Shown here piece by piece: positions 47,601 through 59,715 of a DNA stretch of 64,000 bases. The number at the start of each line of letters is the position of its first letter. Positions within the stretch are counted from its first letter, which is position 1. The notes below the pieces were generated by a model, which saw only the letters and a program-made list of their open reading frames with translations, had not been told where the DNA came from and did no database searches. The stretch covers positions 2,606,001 to 2,670,000 of the forward strand of contig NC_087438.1 in assembly GCF_036321535.1 (NCBI RefSeq), written 5' to 3'. A program made the translations under genes and the position numbers. The stretch comes from Camelus dromedarius. Taxonomy: Eukaryota.

Positions 47601-49002
47601 CTGTGGTTTCTGAGCCCCTAATAGGAAGCAGCCCCCAGTGGCTCCTTCTTGATTCCCCACAAAGTGGTCCAAGCACCAGATGTCTCCCATTTTCCAGTTT
47701 GCATGTCTGACAGGTGCCCTTCCTGCTGTGTGGTGCGCTCTCGGCAGAGAGACTGCAGGTGACCAGGTAGCTCCCAGCCTGCGGCAGGCGGGAGCTTTCC
47801 AAGTCTGGGCCAACTGGCAGCATTTCTCAGGAGCGGGTGATTTGCAGCTGCTTTTAATCGATCCTTTCCCCGAATCATACCCCTAGGTCTGGTGGCTGAA
47901 TTTGTCCTGTGAGCCTGACACTAACGTGCTTTGTTTGTTTCATCAGCCCCTAATAGGAAATGAGAACCCAGCGACTCTGCCTTGCACAAGCCTGACACAT
48001 CCACACGTTGATTTTGACATGTTTTCTTGCAAACACATGGTTTCCACGAATGGGCGGGCACAACAGAGACAAGGAGAGCCGGCCTGGGGAGCGACTGTCC
48101 TCTCTGCTCTGTGAGCACATGTCTCCTGCCCGGAGGTCAGACCCCTTCAGATGAAGGCTGCCCTGCGTGTCAGGGTAGACACAATTCATCTTTTAAAGGG
48201 CTATCTTTAATCAGATCATTTGACTTTTTGAAATCACAAAATGGATTCTTCACAGATTCAGGGTAGAGAGGACTTTATTGTTTCCTTATGAAGATCAGTT
48301 GATGCTGTCAGCTCACGTGGGATGAAGTCAGATCAAAGGAGTTCAGGATGTAGCTGTTTTAAGGCTCCCCGGCACCCGAGGGCCAGCGCGTCTCGGGGCT
48401 CTTCACAGGCGCGTGTAGAATGTGATTACGGTTTGCAGGTGTCACCGGCCAGGTGGTGGGAAAATGGGGGACTGTCTTCTATTCTGTGTTTGCTTCCTTC
48501 ACCCTGGCTTACAATGCCTGCTCTGTGGGTTTCCGTCCATCTTGGGTGAACGTCAAGGATCCCAGACACTATCAACCAACACAAGGAGGTGAGACTCAGA
48601 GACACGGAGTGTCTGCTGCCTCCAGGACCCAGCCCACTTCTCCAGATCCTGTTCTCTCTCCTAGTTCATCCTTTTGGGAAAATTCTCAACCTTTTAAGCA
48701 TTATTTTTAATATTTTCCATTTTGTTGATATTTTCTAGTGCTATTGAAGATAAACCCAAGATCTGCCTCTCCCCTGATAACCAGAATTCTGCAAAACACG
48801 TGGATCAAAACAGCTGTTGGCAAGACCTGGCTTCTTTTTGATTTTTGGTCAATTCCATGCACAGCCTAAAGTGTCATGTATTTCATTACACAATGCCAGC
48901 CCCCTTGGGAATAGCTGGTGCCTCTTTACAGAAGGAACAAGGTGCCTCAGGTCAACGAGCCACACCTCTTCCTCTCCTGCTGCTTTTGCCCTGGGAAAAA
49001 AG

Positions 49003-49117
49003 AGATTAACAGGTACACAGTACTATATATAAAACCGATAAACAACAAGGGCTTACTATAGAGAACAAGGAACTATATTTAATTTATTCCAATAAGCAAT
49101 AATGGAAAAGAATGTGA

Positions 49118-49154
<37 letters not shown>

Positions 49155-49247
49155 CACAGGTACATATATGTATAACTGAATAGCTTTGATGAACCCCTGA
49201 AACTAACACTGTAAATCAATTATACTTCAATAAAAAATTAAAACTAA
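49003..49247 (+). mobile_element. LINE-1 3' end containing an expanded (CA)n
   Basis: gattaacaggtacac..gataaacaacaagg..aatggaaaagaat, (CA)n at 49119-49150, then taactgaa..ctgaaactaacactgtaaatcaattatacttcaataaaaaa. Confidence 0.93.
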
Positions 49248-51690
49248 AAATGCAAAACACTTGAAAAATAAGAGTAAAAATAAAACCAATGTTAAGAAGT
49301 GCAATTTATTACTTTTATTAATCCAGTTAAATCCAGCTCAAGCTCCGTTCACCAGGGTGGCCTGAATCCAGTTTTGTTCCTCTCAAGAGCATCCTTCACT
49401 TTGTAAGGTACCATGAGGAGCCTCAGACTCAAGGAATTTTCCAGAAATTGGTCCCTCTCCCAACTTGTTTGTCCTCCTGGTGGGCACGTCCTGCCTCTGA
49501 CGGGCTCCGGGAGGAGTCAGGAAGTGGGACTCCGCTCCCTCAAATGAAAGGACGGCAAGGCTCCCCCAGGCGGAGGTCTGCCTGGAGCCTGGCACTTGGC
49601 CGACGCCTAAAGACGGGCAGGAGGGTCAGCATTGGGTCCACGAGAAAAGCAGCTGCAAGGTTGTTTGGCAGGTTTTCTAGACGGGAGGGTGGGAAAGTGA
49701 GTGTACTTTTTAAATTAGAAAGCGGATAAATGTAGGGGCTCAGAGGAGGTTAATATCCCAGCTCAGGGCTCCTCCCCACTCAGAGAACGGAACCTAAGCT
49801 TGTCTTCCCCGACACCAGGGCAAGGTGACAGTCCTGCTCCACGTGTCACCTACGCGCTTGACAAACCTGCTCTCTATGAGTAAATCTGAACCATCCATTG
49901 AAATATTGGGGGGAAACAGGCAAGGGATTTTAGGTTGGGACGAGCTTAGGCTGTGGCTGTCAGGGGGCAAATGTGGGATCGGGGACAGGTGAGGCGTTGA
50001 CATTGAACAAGAAGCAAGCATCAGAGCACCAAACATTTCTGTTCAGCAAGAAAGACATTTCCCGCCGGCCCTGGATCTGGAAGCATTTTACTTCCCCTCC
50101 AATGTCTCCTCCAAACTTTTCAGAAGGAAAGGCTTAGTGAAACCCAGCAGGGCAAAAAAGCAATTTAGTAGAAAGAAACGGAACCATTTCCTGCTGGGAG
50201 CAGCAGGCAGACCTCATGCGAGGCTTCGCTGGAGAAGAGAAGATGCCCGTCCTCGCTGGGAGTTCCGGGCAGCTGGCCGCCAGTGCCTGCAGGAGCAAGT
50301 CACCGGTGGCTGAGCCACGCGGGAGGAAGACTCTGAATTAGTGAGCAAGTCGGCCAGGGCGGGTCCCTGAGAGACTGGGGATGCTTCGTGACTGGGGTGT
50401 CACCGTTCACTTGAGGAAGAACGAGAACCAGTGGTGTGGATGGAGACCGGTGTGCCAAACGGGGATGCTCCAGCCAAGCAGAGCTGGCAGCGCAAGAAGA
50501 GGAGGCGGACGGATCTAAAGCAGGAAACTGTTTGTTTCTTCCAGCTGAATCACACTTCACCAAGCGTTGTTCCAGTTTCTAAGAGAAAAGGCGCGAGCAG
50601 CTTTGACCGCTGCCTCGCTGCGCCTGAGGGCTCCCGTGCGTCAGGATGCGAGCTGCTGAAGGCCGGCGTCCCTCTTCTGGTGTCGGTTTGCGGACTCTTC
50701 ACCGCGCTGCACTCCAGTTCACTCCGCGGGTAAGTCCAAGCGCCCGCAGATGGACTTTCTATTGCTGATTGAGGCGCCAGGCTCGAGAACTTGCTTGAGT
50801 TTCCCAGACAGAAACCGTTACGCAGCGAGCGCCGCAGCTGTGGTTCGGGGACAGTCTCTGCAGAGTGGACGCCCCTCCCCCGGAAGTGGCTCAGCCTCGT
50901 GGCACCTCCCGCCCTCGAGTGGGGCGGACGCTCATTCGTCAGTCTGCTCTGAGCTCAGCTATTGAACCGTCTCTGCCGTTCCTATGGCTCCATTAGAAAA
51001 GTCCTTCAGATGCTTCCATTAAAAAAAGAAAAAAAAAACACCCCCAGCACACTAGTTAGGCACTCGGTAGGTAGGTAGTGTTTATATTTCAGAAATAAAA
51101 TATAAACTATGTTTAAAATGTGAGTAAACAGTAAACATCAGAACTAAAAGACATGGTACCAAAAGGAGACTTGGCGTATGTGTCTATTGGATGAAACGTA
51201 GGTTTGGACGTAAACCCGACGTGCACCCTTAAGTGTGCAAACGACTTCCATGTTGGATACGTTTGGAGAGAAGACATGCAACCCCGAGAGTGTAAGAGAT
51301 TTGGGGTAAAACAAGCAGGGTCACTCATGGTCCATGGCAAAGACAAACATGTAGCGAGGACCTTTCCAGTGTGTAACCCGTCTGGTTAGCCGTCCAATGG
51401 CCATTGGTCTCCAGTTTGATGACACACAGGCACTTTGGACTCAGTGTGGCCAAGATGAACACACCTTATTTTACCCCAAGTGAATAATCACCAAAGCTCC
51501 TGATCCAGCTGCTCAGTGTTTTCCACGTATGGTTCCTTCTCTCCGCCAGGCCCGTTACGGTCCAAGCTCGGGCTCCTCCCATCGTTTCACCCGGTTCACA
51601 GCACCAGCCTCTCTAGTCTCCCTGACTCCAGTCTTGCACACGCCCTCCCCACCTGCCTCAGGGGTGATGGGTCTGCTCTTTATATAGAAA

Positions 51691-51724
51691 CTTTTGAATT
51701 GAAGTACAGTTGACTTACAACGTT
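51691..51724 (-). mobile_element. About 35-bp LINE-1 3' tip inside an L2-like relic
   Basis: ttttgaattgaagtacagttgacttacaacgtt matches the terminal L1 motif seen at 43495 and 44614. Confidence 0.6.
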
Positions 51725-52718
51725 CTGTTGGATTCTGTTTCTTCCTTGCAGCTCTATCCCTGCTCTGCTGAAACTCTCCCACTGGCCACCCTCACCTTCA
51801 GGAGTCCCGAGTAGCCTATTTGAGTTATAAGACTCTTTATTATCTGAACTGAATTTGACTTTCCAACCTCAGCTCTGACCTCTCTCTGACCATGGAGACC
51901 TTCCCACGGATTCCCGTCTCCCGCCCCCTCATCAGCCCGTGTCTCCTCACCATTCTTAGATGCTCAGCTTTCCTCTCCTCCTGGCCCTTGTCCTCTCCTG
52001 TGTGCTCAGCGTGCGCACGTGCACCCTGACCCCGCACATCTCATCCTGTGGCGGCTCTCTGTTCACTCTAACCCCATCAGACAGTAGTCTTCGAGAACGG
52101 GCGCTGCATGTCGCTGATGAATTCTGAGCCTTTGTCCTGGGACGTTTGCTGACGAGACAGATACAAGAATGCCGGTAGCTGTCAGGGCTAGAAGGGGAAG
52201 TGTGAGTGTGAGACCACGGGGGGAAGTAGCACAGGCGGTTATACTGTCCAGAAACCATCATCAAGGGAGGGGTGAGTCTGGAAGGGAGACCAAGAGTCCC
52301 AGGGGAGGGCAGAAATGAGGGTCTGCATACCTGGGGACGGACCGGGGCGGGGAGGAGCAAAACCAACACAGACAGCAGTAACAGCAAAGCACCTCACGGG
52401 GGTCCTCACCCTCAAGTCCCCCAAGTTAAGTGCGGCGGGGTCTGATTGTGAAGAAGCACTTGAATCAAGGAGACTGTGAACTTCCGGGTTGAAACTCCTG
52501 GCAACTGGGTACGGGAGGAGTTTGAAGAGCTTTTCTCCTCCCGGTGCAATGTCCGTATGTGCAAACACACACACGTGCAGCTACACACTCAGACGTAAAC
52601 ACACAAGACTTCTCTCACACACAAACACCATGTACATGTAGTATTTCCCCAAACAACAAAATGATAGTGTTACTGGAAACAAAGGCTTATGCAAAAAATA
52701 AAAAGAACTTAAAAAAAA

Positions 52719-52884
52719 GAGGAGGATGTGGTTCTGTGGTAGAGCGTGTGCTCAGCAGGCCTGAGGTCTTGGGTTCAACTCCCAGTCCCTCCCTTAAAAA
52801 AAAAAAAAAAAAAGCCTAATAATAAATAAGTAAATAGACCTAATTTCTAACCCCTTCAAAGTAAACAGACAAACAAAACAATTA
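52719..52884 (+). mobile_element. tRNA-derived SINE (camelid Vic-1-like)
   Basis: gaggaggatgtggttctgtggtagagcgtgtgctcagcaggcctgaggtcttgggttcaactcccagt (A/B-box-like), then A-rich linker, gacctaatt and A-rich tail. Homologous to the copy at 24446-24604. Confidence 0.9.
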
Positions 52885-53585
52885 AAAGGCTTGTGCAGAA
52901 GGCTTTCAGTATTCTGAAAGGAACATCTCTCCATCCCTTCGTGTAGACACCTCATCGATACGGTTATCTTTCGGCTAAAATCCTCCATGGGTGTGCGCTG
53001 AGCTCAGCTAGGAGACTTACACACGATCTCATTGGATCCCACAGTCATCTCATGTCTTTGGTATCATCACCCACTTTTCAAATCATATGCTACCAATTGG
53101 GTAACGTGTGGTACCTTAAACCACAGATCTGCAAATTCCGATCACCCATTTAAAATATTTAGTCTAGAGGGGCTGGATGCTAGAGTAATCCAACAATGCG
53201 CGTGTCAGCCACGCGGCCTGACTGTGATGTGACCGGTGTGGGTACCAGCCTGCAGACAAAGGCAGGTAGAACCATGCAATCCCAGCACCCCTTTCTGTGA
53301 TGGACACAGGCCTTTCCTGAAGCCCCGCGCTCGGTTTTATGCACCAGAACATGAGCGGTGAACGACTTGGCCAGAATTCTGGGAGGCTGCAGGGACTGCA
53401 CGTGTTTGATGAAGCCAGGGGATCTGGAGAATGAGGTTCCGGGGACCAGCGAGCGCTCCTCCAAGGATGGCGACCAGCTGCTCGCTGTCTTCGGTGGGCA
53501 ACCAGGAGACGTGAGTGGAAATGAGCTTAAATGGCATCATAAGGTAATAATTTGAGATAGAAAGCCCTTCCTGTGGCTGGAATGG

Positions 53586-53599
53586 GTTACCATGGAAAC
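53586..53599. promoter_or_regulatory. RFX X-box motif GTTACCATGGAAAC
   Basis: Exact match to GTTNCCATGGNAAC. Function untested. Confidence 0.5.
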
Positions 53600-53891
53600 G
53601 GATGGAATGTCCTCTCCTCATGGTCTTTAAAAATCAGTTCTGTCTAACTTTGTTAAGGTTCGGGTGCTCCTCTGAAGTCAGAGCTGGCAATGTTGCCCGG
53701 ACGTTCACCCCGTCCACGCCCATGCCTGCGGACGGGCATCCCTCTGAATTCTCAAGTCATCTTTTCCTCTCCCTCCCCTCAGCTCTCATGCCCCTCACTG
53801 CTTTGCACTTTTATTCACAAGTCTGAAAGTTATTCTGTTGCCAGATAGCTCTGAGTTCTGACAAATGCGTGCAGGCGTGTCACCACCACCA

Positions 53892-53922
53892 CGGCAGAAC
53901 CGTGCCCCGCGGCAGAACCGTG
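53892..53922. repeat. 18-bp-period tandem duplication (core CGGCAGAACCGTG x2)
   Basis: cggcagaaccgtgccccg cggcagaaccgtg read directly. Confidence 0.8.
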
Positions 53923-54064
53923 GAACGTTTCCCCTTCCGGCTTCCCAGTCTCTTCTTTCTCTGCTAATGTTAGTCTCCCTTTTCTCTACACAAACATGTA
54001 AAGATTCAAAATCTGCAGGAGAGCACCACCAAGGGCCTTCCAACCTATTTATCCAGTAGACAAT

Positions 54065-54232
54065 ATGTTATGTAGATATGCAGCTGTGTTTCTATGTAAA
54101 AATATACGTTCTATATAAATATATTATGTATTATGTATTATCTAGCAATATCCATCTATAACATCCACCTACCTATAGCATCTATGTATGGAGACAGCAT
54201 GTCTATCTGTCTGTGATATCTACATCTATACA
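54065..54232. repeat. Degenerate TA/TCTA-rich low-complexity tract
   Basis: tatgta, tattat and atctat units visible. Confidence 0.6.
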
Positions 54233-55639
54233 TAGAGAGAGAAAGTGCAGAGAGGCTTCCGGGGTCTCACTGTCTCTGGACTCAGAGGGTAGTGATGAGG
54301 CTGAGGACAGAGCTGGTGGGTCTGCTCGGCTGGTGCTCTGTGACAGAAGTCAGAAAACTGACCTGACAGGCTAAGAAGGGAAGGGGATGGAAAACTGAGA
54401 AGAAAATTGGAAGAATCAATCAACTAGTAGAATGAATTTAAACGAGAATGCCTGAGACCGCCGGGCAGAGGTCACAGGGCCAGCGGACCAGAGTGTGCAC
54501 CCAGCGACGGAAGGTGCTGCCCTCCGCACCCCCTTCCTGAGCCATCTCACCCCGACCCGGTCAGTCGGAGGTGCTCCTTGAGAGCAGGAGGGACAGCCTG
54601 CAGTAGAGACGTCCCTGGAATGGATTTTGAGCCCAGTGTCTTGGAAGGTGAGGTTTTGTGTTGTTGGAGACTGGATTCCGAGGAGGTTGAAGGCACACAG
54701 CGAGGCGCAGCGTGAGCGAGGGCAGCCCGGCCCTCCAGAGAGGAAGCAAGGCCTGTTTGGTCGACGACTGAGGGTCAGGGAGAGAGGAAGGAGCTGAGAA
54801 GGAGCCGTGGGCCTCGCCTCTGGGCTCCCTGCACGGCACAGGACTGCAGGAGACACACCTGTTAAAGCCAAACCAAACCACAACAGCAAGAGCAGAAATG
54901 TGAGTGAGTCCAAAGGAAACAGGTCTTTGTGCTCGATGGCAGGAGAGCAGCCCCAGAAGAGCACAGATGTCTTCAGAGTGTCCATCGCAAGCCCGACCCC
55001 GGACAGCGGGAGCAGGGGAGGCTGGGGGAGCACTGGCCGAAGCCTCGGTTTCCCACACGCACTGGTGGAGGGCTGGTCAGATGCTGAGCGTTTCCACGCC
55101 GGCTGGGGGTCACAAGGAGGCTCAGCGGTGTGGGGACTGGACAAGGGTGTCCAGCCATGACGAGTGGTCTTTATCAACAGTTGGTAAGTAAGACCCTGGG
55201 AGAACCTGGTTGTCAGAGCAAAGGCCATGGGGACAGAGTCTGCCCCCAAGCCAGGAAGGAGGCGGGGGGTTACAGCCTAGGAAAGGCCAGAGGTCACAGA
55301 GGGGCCAATGGGCTGGAGAACCCTCGTCCAGGCTGGGGGGACGCACCCCTGGAGAAGCGGGATCGGCACAGGAGGGGCTCAGAGGCAGAAGAGGAGGGAG
55401 CGGCGCGTTTGTGTGCGCAGTGAGGTGTTGTAGAGCTCTGGCTAGTTCTTGTGTGTCAGGCTGCACGTCCACTTGCAGGACAACGGCGTTCACAGGCTCA
55501 AGAGGAGGTCAGTCCAGACGAGGTTAGTGACACACATGACACGTATGTGGTCAGTTTCGGGGTCTGGTCCTCGGCTTGATGGTCATGATGCGTCCTCAGA
55601 AACCCATTGCTCTAGTCACTGCCACCGTTATTCAAATGG

Positions 55640-55763
55640 CCTTCCTTCCTTCTCTCTCTCTCTCTCTGTCTCTCTTTCTCCCCCCCCCCCCGCTTTCTTT
55701 CTCCCCCCCTTCTTTCTCTTTCTCCCTTCCTTCCTTTCTTTTTCTTCCTTTCTTTCTTTCCTC
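55640..55763. repeat. Polypyrimidine/polypurine tract: (CT)n, C-run, (CTTT)n
   Basis: About 120 bp with almost no purines on the + strand. Confidence 0.9.
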
Positions 55764-57370
55764 CAGAAGGGTGAGTGCTGAGTTCATTAGAAGGGCTGTG
55801 CCCTCTCTCCTCTCCTCTGCCTGAATCACTCTTCATTAGCTTATTCTTCCTACATCATATCTCCCCATCTTTCTTTTTTTACTATACATTTCCAATCGTA
55901 CCCCATTTTTCCAAAGTCAGAAGAAATACACATGTATGTGTGTGCACACACACAGAGGAAGGGTGCGCATATGCAGAGATACGTGTTACACGTGTAATTT
56001 CACAAAGTTAGTGTTTAGTCGCAGGAAAACAGCTGAGTGGAGCTTTTCTTTGGAAAACACATGTTCCAATTTGGGACATCTACTGTTAATGGGAGTGCTG
56101 TTTAAAATTACAGATTGCCCTCCACGCCGCCAAGACTCAGCCCCGGGCCCCAGACAAACCTGCTCCCTGAGGTGGCTCAGGGCAGTATGTGCCAGTGCCC
56201 TTCGGCTGCCCCTGGCTGTCCCCAGGTTGTCCCCAGACAGGCTGGAGCAGTGGCCTTTGCAGTGCCCTGTCCTCTCAGCGGGGAGCCTCCTGATGGCCGG
56301 AATTCCGCACTCGCACTGGGATTTCCCTGCTCAGACGCCTTGGTTTTCTTTGGCTTAGCCTGTCCTTCTTGAATTATGCCTCCCTGAGCTGCACAAGGGG
56401 GATTTCTGCACAGAAGATGCTCAGAAATCCTCCCCTCCCCCCGTGGAATTTGGCGTCCGCTCAGCTGCTGGACAGGAGCTCTGGCTGCGGAAGGTGAGCT
56501 GGGGAGGACGGAGCTCCCAGATCAAGTGTCCCTTCCTCCAGGGCCAGGCTGCGCAGGGAAGGGGACCCTCCTGCCTGCCGGGGGCGAGGCCGCGTCTCCG
56601 CCCACGCTGCTCATCCCGATGAACAGGGAATCCGAGACGGGGGAGCCGGGGGATCAGCCTTGCATGGAGTCAATGCTAGTCTGTCCTCACCTGCTTTTAA
56701 CAAGTCTTTGCCTCGTTGAAATATTTTTTTTATTAAATTTTAATCAAAAGCACAAAAACAGACTGTTTATCGTAGGAAAGACTGGCCTTATTGTAAGCAC
56801 TTCTTGCCTGGCCGGTCTGAGAGATGTGAGCCGCTCCACAATGGACGAGTGGGCTTCGTTCAACGGCGCGCCCCTACCTCGGGGTGAAGGGCTGAGGAGG
56901 GTGGATTCATTGCATCCATCTGGACCCGTGTCCCCTTCCACAGAGGGTTCACTCAGGGAGCCCGTTTGCTTACTGGTGGTTGTACCCCAGCTGCATCTGT
57001 TGTAGAGGGCGTGGGCTGAGGACAGTGGTTTTGAAGTGCACACTCTAAGTTTGGTCCTCTCTACAGGGTCTTACTTACATAGTTGGTCTGAAGTTTTCAG
57101 GGTGGATCAAACTAAGCAGTGTCTGTGGTGCTCTTCTGGCCTCAGGTGACCCGTGACATAAGTTCTTGGTTTATTTTTATGAAAGGCAAACATAAACAAA
57201 GAGGGTTGATACATTTACCTTCTAAATGGACATTAGATTACGTTTGCCCTTCTCATTCTCATCCTCGGGGATGCACCTGGGTAGCTGAGTAATCCAAACC
57301 AGCCAGCCTCCTAGCCTAAGAGCAAGGAGAAGACAGTGAAATAGAAAAGGATGCATTATCCCATTATGAG

Positions 57371-57530
57371 ATTATAAAATATAAAGTTTTATATACTTAT
57401 AAAATAATAAATTTTTATTTATAAAAATAAATTTTAATTTATAAAAACAATTTTTATTTTACATTTCATATTATCTATTACACAATTATTTTATAATACA
57501 ATAACTACCAAGTATTTTTTATTTAATTTA
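57371..57530. repeat. Extremely AT-rich tract with three 20-bp units
   Basis: aaaataataaatttttattt / ataaaaataaattttaattt / ataaaaacaatttttatttt at 57401-57460. Confidence 0.8.
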
Positions 57531-58127
57531 CTCAAGAGTGGGGAATGATCAGCACTAATCAGATTTCTCTGACCTTGAAAACTTCCCTCGACCCTGAACT
57601 ATGATTGACAGATGTCTGAAGCCAGCTTTCTGCTTGGACCTCACTGGGCTCAAGTATACTCAGCTTCTAAAACAATAAGACAAATAAAAAGGTAAGTTCT
57701 ATGGGCAAGGACCAGGAAAAATGAGAAACAAAGTGACAGTTAGTATCTGCTGGCCCCTCCTGATTTTCCACAGCCGGCTTTGAGCACATGACTCCTATGG
57801 AGTCCTTGGAATTTGAGTCTCTTTCATGCTCTGATCTAGATTTCTGAAGAATATTCCTTCTGCTTTTTAATTATTTTATGCCTGTTATCAGGTGACAGAA
57901 GATAAGATTTATGAGTTTGTCCTTTGTAATTTCAAGTGTGTGTTTTCACATTAGGAAGAAAACTTCATTGATTTTTGTTCAAATTGAGAAGCAGATCTAG
58001 AGAGAAGAGGAACAAACACAAGAAGGAGAGCACCCCTCAGTTTTTTTCTGGGAGAACCAGGTCCAGCTTTGCTGGTCGTGGACCCAGGATGTGGCTTATT
58101 CCCCCTCAGTGATGCTGTATTTGAAAT

Positions 58128-58271
58128 CTGGGGGTCTCAGACTGTGGTGTCAGAGCCCCAGGGTCAGTATCCCCTGGAATTTATCAGAAATGCATGCAAA
58201 TCTGTGGAATCCAAGACCGGGGAGGGTGGGTCCTGCAAGTTTTCTAGGTTCCTCAAATGTGAGAGCCAGTG
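58128..58271. mobile_element. MER5A-like hAT-Charlie DNA transposon relic
   Basis: tctcagactgtgg..tcagtatcccctggaatttatcagaaatgca..ctcaaatgtgagagccagtg resembles the recalled MER5A consensus and its terminal repeat. Confidence 0.65.
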
Positions 58272-58286
58272 TCACAGATAAGGAAG

Positions 58287-58637
58287 TGCCATGGACTGAC
58301 CGTGTCCCATACTGATCCCAGGACCTCTAAAGGTGACTGGGTTTGGAGGGAAAGCCTTGAAAGAGGTAACCAAGTTAAAACAAGGTCATCAGGATGAGTC
58401 TTAAGCCAACAGGAGGTGTCCTTCTAAGAAGAGAAGACAAGGACACAGACACGCACGGAGGGACAACCTCGGGAGGACACGGGGAGAAGACGGCTGTCTG
58501 CACACCAGGAAGGGAGGCCGCAGGGGAGACCAGCTCTGCCCACACCTCGATCTTGCACTGTCAGCCTCCAGAGCTGAGAGGAAATACATTTCTCTATCTA
58601 TGGTACCTTGTTTTGGCGGCCGCAGGAGACTGACACA
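58287..58637 (+). mobile_element. MaLR solo LTR (MLT1A/B-like)
   Basis: tgccatggactga.. gaggtaaccaagttaaaa.. ggtgtccttctaagaagag.. ggagaagacggctgtctgca.. cagcctccagagctgagag.. atggtaccttgtt.. gactgacaca. Confidence 0.9.
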
Positions 58638-59534
58638 ACAGTGAAGGTGATGAAGGTGACGAAGTGGAAAGTCAGGGTGAATGTTGGCCAGTTCACTTTG
58701 AGAGTTTTCAGGGAAAAAAATATCTGGCTACAGTTTCCTCCGTGAACCATCGAAGACCCAGGTCACAAAACGCACATTGTGGATTCATGTCAGTGTTTCT
58801 CTACACCATAGTGTAGTGCTGGGTCCTTGCTAGAAGAGTAAGAAACCGCTGCAACTGTGAACAGGTTTTAGTGCATCTGACAAGTTTTAATGACTGTGTA
58901 GAACTTCACCAGCCTCAGTATCGCCTGCTGGCACCTCCCCTAGGAGGGGACAGATGACTGGGGGACACAGGTCCTTGGGAGCCTCTCCTACCCCAAGCCC
59001 CACTTCAGTCTGAGTCTTGGTCCATTTTTGACAAAAGAGAGTCTGTGGCTCCACTGGAACCTGTGCTGAAGATGAATGACGACAGAATGTAACCCCTCCC
59101 GCCTCCGGAGCAATCTCTCCTCCACGTCCTCACCCACTCCCACCGCACACATGGTCCCTAGGGACTGTCCAGCCACAGGTGTCATCACACCCCCACCCCC
59201 CTCCCCACACACACACACCAGGTGGCCTGACCAGTGCTTGGGCAGAACCTTGTCTACCCAAAACCAGGCCAAATGACCTCCCGGGGCCCTCTCTCCCTCC
59301 CAGGCTCAAGTCTGCACAGTTGGCCACGGGAAGCTCCTGAGATGGTGTGGATTTGAGTGGCCCCCACTTTGCTGAGTCCTGGAACTCTGCAGGATGTCCT
59401 GACAGGGAGCCAAGATCATGGGAGCGCCCTCCCCCCCATGCATCTTCATTTGGAGATACAGGCAACTGTGCCCTGAATGTGGCCAAGATAAGTGTCTACG
59501 GAATAGTTGTTAAATTATTTATCAAAGGCCTCTT

Positions 59535-59715
59535 GTGTGTTTAAAAGTCCTTACCCACCTATAATCTGTAAGCCTGAAAACCTTGAAAGATGGATATTGA
59601 TCTCCACATTGGAGCAAATAAATTCTGTCTCAGTGAAATTAAATAAATTTCCCGAGACCGCACAGCTGCAGGTGTTAACTCTGGACCCTGCTCAGTGTCT
59701 GATTCTCCCAGTGAC
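59535..59715 (-). mobile_element. MIR SINE relic
   Basis: atctccacatt..tctcagtgaaattaaataaatttcccgagaccgcacagct..tggaccc..tgtctgattc resembles the antisense MIR core. Confidence 0.6.

Noticed and set aside
52719..52795. tRNA gene (also 24535-24604)
   Set aside because: A/B-box-like heads are followed by the shared A-rich SINE body and tail and flanked by TSD-like repeats; the 24.5-kb copy also lacks part of the D-arm region.
54416..55249. Longest ORF (277 aa, minus strand)
   Set aside because: No recognisable domain, P/S/L/R-rich composition, and overlapping long ORFs in other frames, all typical of chance ORFs in GC-rich DNA.
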